This document shows positions 29,185 to 32,000 of a stretch of DNA of 32,000 nt, in pieces. A program made the translations under genes and the position numbers. This DNA comes from Crocosphaera subtropica ATCC 51142 (lineage in GTDB: Bacteria > Cyanobacteriota > Cyanobacteriia > Cyanobacteriales > Microcystaceae). Within the stretch, counting starts at the first letter, position 1. Each line of letters starts with the position of its first letter. The stretch lies in the NCBI RefSeq assembly GCF_000017845.1, contig NC_010546.1, positions 2,160,001 to 2,192,000 on the forward strand. Direction: 5' to 3'. The notes beneath the pieces are model-generated. The model made no database searches. It was not told the origin of the DNA and saw only the letters and a program-made list of their open reading frames with translations.

Positions 29185-29215
29185 TATTCAACTAGGTTCT
29201 CCTGTTCGGAGAAAG
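29185..29215. repeat. 31-bp direct repeat, copy 2
   Basis: Perfect copy, 71 bp downstream of copy 1, leaving a 40-bp spacer. Confidence 0.9.
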
Positions 29216-29255
29216 AGTTCGTCTGAGAGCCTTTACCCAGAGCGAGTTTCGAGGC

Positions 29256-29402
29256 ACAAATCGACGCAACCCATGTAATAATCATACTACAGCCATCAAT
29301 ATTCGACAACTCGTAACCCTCAAATCCAGGCCAGGTAAGGCATCGACGCAGTTCGACGAAAGAATGGGGGTTTTGACGATTTTGGGGATTGCGTCGATTT
29401 GT
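29256..29402. other. GC-richer 147-bp element bounded by a perfect 14-bp inverted repeat: candidate structured RNA, operator array or MITE
   Basis: acaaatcgacgcaa (29256-29269) is the exact reverse complement of ttgcgtcgatttgt (29389-29402). A third atcgacgca lies at 29342-29350. Further (t/c)gacg motifs are at 29353, 29374 and 29163. An internal 8-bp helix 29315-29322/29365-29372 needs one G-U pair if read on the + strand. Confidence 0.5.
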
Positions 29403-29439
29403 CATCACTTAGATAAAATGAGAAAAAAAGGAGAATACA

Positions 29440-30501
29440 ATGGTCAAAAAAATTGCTTTATTTAATCATAAAGGTGGAGTTAGTAAAACAACCACAACCT
29501 TTAATTTAGGTTGGATGCTGGCAACTAAAGGATATAGAGTTATTTTAGTAGATACTGATCCTCAATGTAATTTAACAGGAATGGCTTTAGGAGAAGCGAC
29601 AGAAGAGGATGAAGATAGAATCGAGAGAATTTATAATACGAGGTCAAATATTAAGACCGGTTTAGCCCCTGCATTTGAGTCGCAACCCAGAGCAATTGAA
29701 GCAGTAGATTGTATTCAGATAGGTGATCAAGAGGGATTATTTTTATTACCTGGCCATGTGGGATTTGCTGAATATGAAGTAACACTAGGAATAGCACAAG
29801 AATTGAGTGGATCAATTCAAGCTTTGAAGAATTTACCAGGTTCTATCACGGACTTATTGAATAAAACAGCTACTAAATTTAATGCTGACTATATTTTAAT
29901 TGATATGAGTCCCAGTTTAGGAGCGATTAATCAAAACTTATTGATGACCAGTGATTTTTTTATAGTTCCTACCACGGCTGACTTCTTTTCTTTAATGGCA
30001 ATTGATTCTTTATCTAATATTTTACCGAAATGGTATAACTGGGCTAAAACAGCAAGTTCTTTACCAATTTTGAAAGAAGCAAGTTATCCCTTTCCTGATG
30101 TGACTTTAAAGTTTTTAGGCATTATTGTTCAGAATTTTAGAATTATTCGTGGTAAAGAAACCGTTGCTTTTGAAAAGTGGATTATTAAAATTCAAGAAGA
30201 TGTTTATAATAAATTAGTTCCTATTTTACAAAAACATAATATGATGTTTCCCGAAACTATTTATCATGAGCAAGGAATGAATGATAGTTATTGCTTAACT
30301 AAAATTGCTAATTTCAACAGCTTAATTGCTCTATCTCAAGAGCATAGAACGCCAATTTACGATTTAACTTCACAACAATTAGGACAAGGAGGTGTAGTAT
30401 TACAAAAAAGTCAACAAAAACAAGAAGAATTTAGAGAAACTTTTTCAGAATTAGCGGATAAAATAATTAATTTAACGTCAGCTTATGCAGTCAGCCATTG
30501 A
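29440..30501 (+). CDS. ParA/MinD-superfamily P-loop ATPase (long form, no ParB partner)
   Basis: 353 aa. Deviant Walker A KGGVSKTT (nt 29470-29493), VILVDTDPQCN and Walker B YILIDMSPSLG. AGGAG lies 6 nt before the ATG. Confidence 0.85.
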   Translation: MVKKIALFNHKGGVSKTTTTFNLGWMLATKGYRVILVDTDPQCNLTGMALGEATEEDEDRIERIYNTRSNIKTGLAPAFESQPRAIEAVDCIQIGDQEGLFLLPGHVGFAEYEVTLGIAQELSGSIQALKNLPGSITDLLNKTATKFNADYILIDMSPSLGAINQNLLMTSDFFIVPTTADFFSLMAIDSLSNILPKWYNWAKTASSLPILKEASYPFPDVTLKFLGIIVQNFRIIRGKETVAFEKWIIKIQEDVYNKLVPILQKHNMMFPETIYHEQGMNDSYCLTKIANFNSLIALSQEHRTPIYDLTSQQLGQGGVVLQKSQQKQEEFRETFSELADKIINLTSAYAVSH

Positions 30502-31234
30502 TCAATTTAGAATTAGTATCCAAAGGGTTAGGGATCTAATTTCACTGCATAATTCGATTAAAGTTCAATCAACCTCTGCGCTGGATTTATCGGATATATT
30601 AAGAGCAGCTTTAGTATTAACAGTAAGTGCATTAGATTACTATATTCATGAAGTGGTTGTATTGGGAATGTTAGAAATTTATCGAGGACAACGGAGTGAA
30701 CCTAACCCCTCTCGTAATACCTCTAAATCAGCTTTTTCTCGCTTCAAAGTGTCTTTAGGTGGAGCAAGTCAAGAGAGACAAATAGCTTTAGATATTGCCA
30801 ACTGGTTAGAAACGGAAATTCAAAAAAACTATGGCTCTGAATTTCTCCAACAATCTTATAATCTTTCTCAGTTATTACCTATGATATCTAATAGTATGAT
30901 TAATAGACTGAATAATACCAGTTGGTTAGAAGCTGAAATTAGAGAAACGTTAAGCTATCAAAGTTTTCAGCAACCTGATAAAATTGCTGATGCGATTCGA
31001 TTAATTTCTGATAAAAAGTTATGGGACGAAGTAGGAAATAATATGAATAAACCAGCAAAAGATATTAAACAACAACTCACTTTAATTGTTGATCGTAGAA
31101 ATAAAATTGCTCATGAAGCAGATATTGATCCAACTTATAATATAGGAAATCGTTGGCCCATTGATGAAATTTTAGTCAGTGAAACCGTTGATTTTATCGA
31201 GGAAGTGGTTGAAAATATCCATCAAATTTTATAA
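30485..31234 (+). CDS. HEPN-like predicted RNase (Rx4H motif), possibly MAE_28990/MAE_18760- or RiboL-PSP-type HEPN
   Basis: 249 aa and helix-rich by composition. R205-N-K-I-A-H210 (nt 31097-31114) sits in the context LIVDRRNKIAHEAD near the C-terminus. The N-terminal helix LRAALVLTVSALDYYIHE is typical of the first HEPN helix. The ATG overlaps the ParA-like ORF by 17 nt. Confidence 0.65.
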   Translation: MQSAIDQFRISIQRVRDLISLHNSIKVQSTSALDLSDILRAALVLTVSALDYYIHEVVVLGMLEIYRGQRSEPNPSRNTSKSAFSRFKVSLGGASQERQIALDIANWLETEIQKNYGSEFLQQSYNLSQLLPMISNSMINRLNNTSWLEAEIRETLSYQSFQQPDKIADAIRLISDKKLWDEVGNNMNKPAKDIKQQLTLIVDRRNKIAHEADIDPTYNIGNRWPIDEILVSETVDFIEEVVENIHQIL

Positions 31235-31239
31235 ATAAA

Positions 31240-31259
31240 GGGTCAACAACCGTTGACCC
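31240..31259. terminator. Hairpin gggtcaac-aacc-gttgaccc between the convergent HEPN and eno genes
   Basis: Perfect 8-bp stem with a 4-nt loop. It is followed by a T/A-rich run (tttattta) on the minus strand, so it most likely terminates eno and may also stop the + strand operon. Confidence 0.6.
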
Positions 31260-31270
31260 CTACATGAAAA

Positions 31271-32000
<730 letters not shown>

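Noticed and set aside
29114-29215. Calling the 31-bp repeat / 40-bp spacer / 31-bp repeat unit a CRISPR array
   Set aside because: There are only two repeat copies, and the window contains no cas genes or leader-like features. That is insufficient for a CRISPR call, so it is reported as a repeat with CRISPR-like dimensions.
29184-29408. 74-aa minus-strand ORF (MMTNRRNPQNRQ...)
   Set aside because: It has no SD and a codon choice that looks atypical by eye. Its sequence is built from the TCGACG-motif and inverted-repeat region, and its C-terminus comes from the 31-bp repeat. It is more likely non-coding or a remnant, and is kept only as an alternative in the findings.

Overview
Chromosomal segment of a unicellular cyanobacterium. 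The HIP1 octamer GCGATCGC is frequent in the core genes, and ndhL, DUF3007 and a PCP-reductase-like mini-protein are cyanobacterial markers. Gene content looks Cyanothece/Rippkaea/Crocosphaera-like, but the species cannot be determined from this window. Core genes present: efp-accB, dxr, ndhL-DUF3007-trpA, serA-prmA, recQ, a GH13 glucosidase, a TRAP solute-binding protein, a TgpA-like membrane protein, mutS plus a methyltransferase, and eno (cut by the window end). No rRNA, tRNA or bona fide CRISPR array was seen. Three patches look AT-rich by eye and HIP1-poor, and appear accessory. (i) 11.3-13.0 kb holds an HTH-ImmA/IrrE metalloprotease and a DUF4411 PIN-like nuclease; the nuclease gene is split by a ~116 bp MITE-like insertion. 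(ii) 18.8-22.9 kb is a TA/defence islet: vapBC, a small ORF pair separated by one in-frame amber codon, an orphan DndB-like DGQHR protein, a mazEF-like cassette bracketed by ~70 bp direct repeats, and a Uma2 nuclease. (iii) 29.0-31.2 kb holds a translationally coupled ParA-like ATPase and an Rx4H (HEPN-type) protein, wedged between mutS and eno. It is preceded by ~600 bp of non-coding DNA with a duplicated 31-bp hairpin repeat, a GC-richer element bounded by a perfect 14-bp inverted repeat with iterated TCGACGCA motifs, and a minus-strand terminator. Patch (iii) is my best candidate for an uncharacterised system. Other oddities are a GAPDH paralog with in-frame loss of most of its NAD-binding domain, and a TgpA-like protein with substituted catalytic Cys and His.
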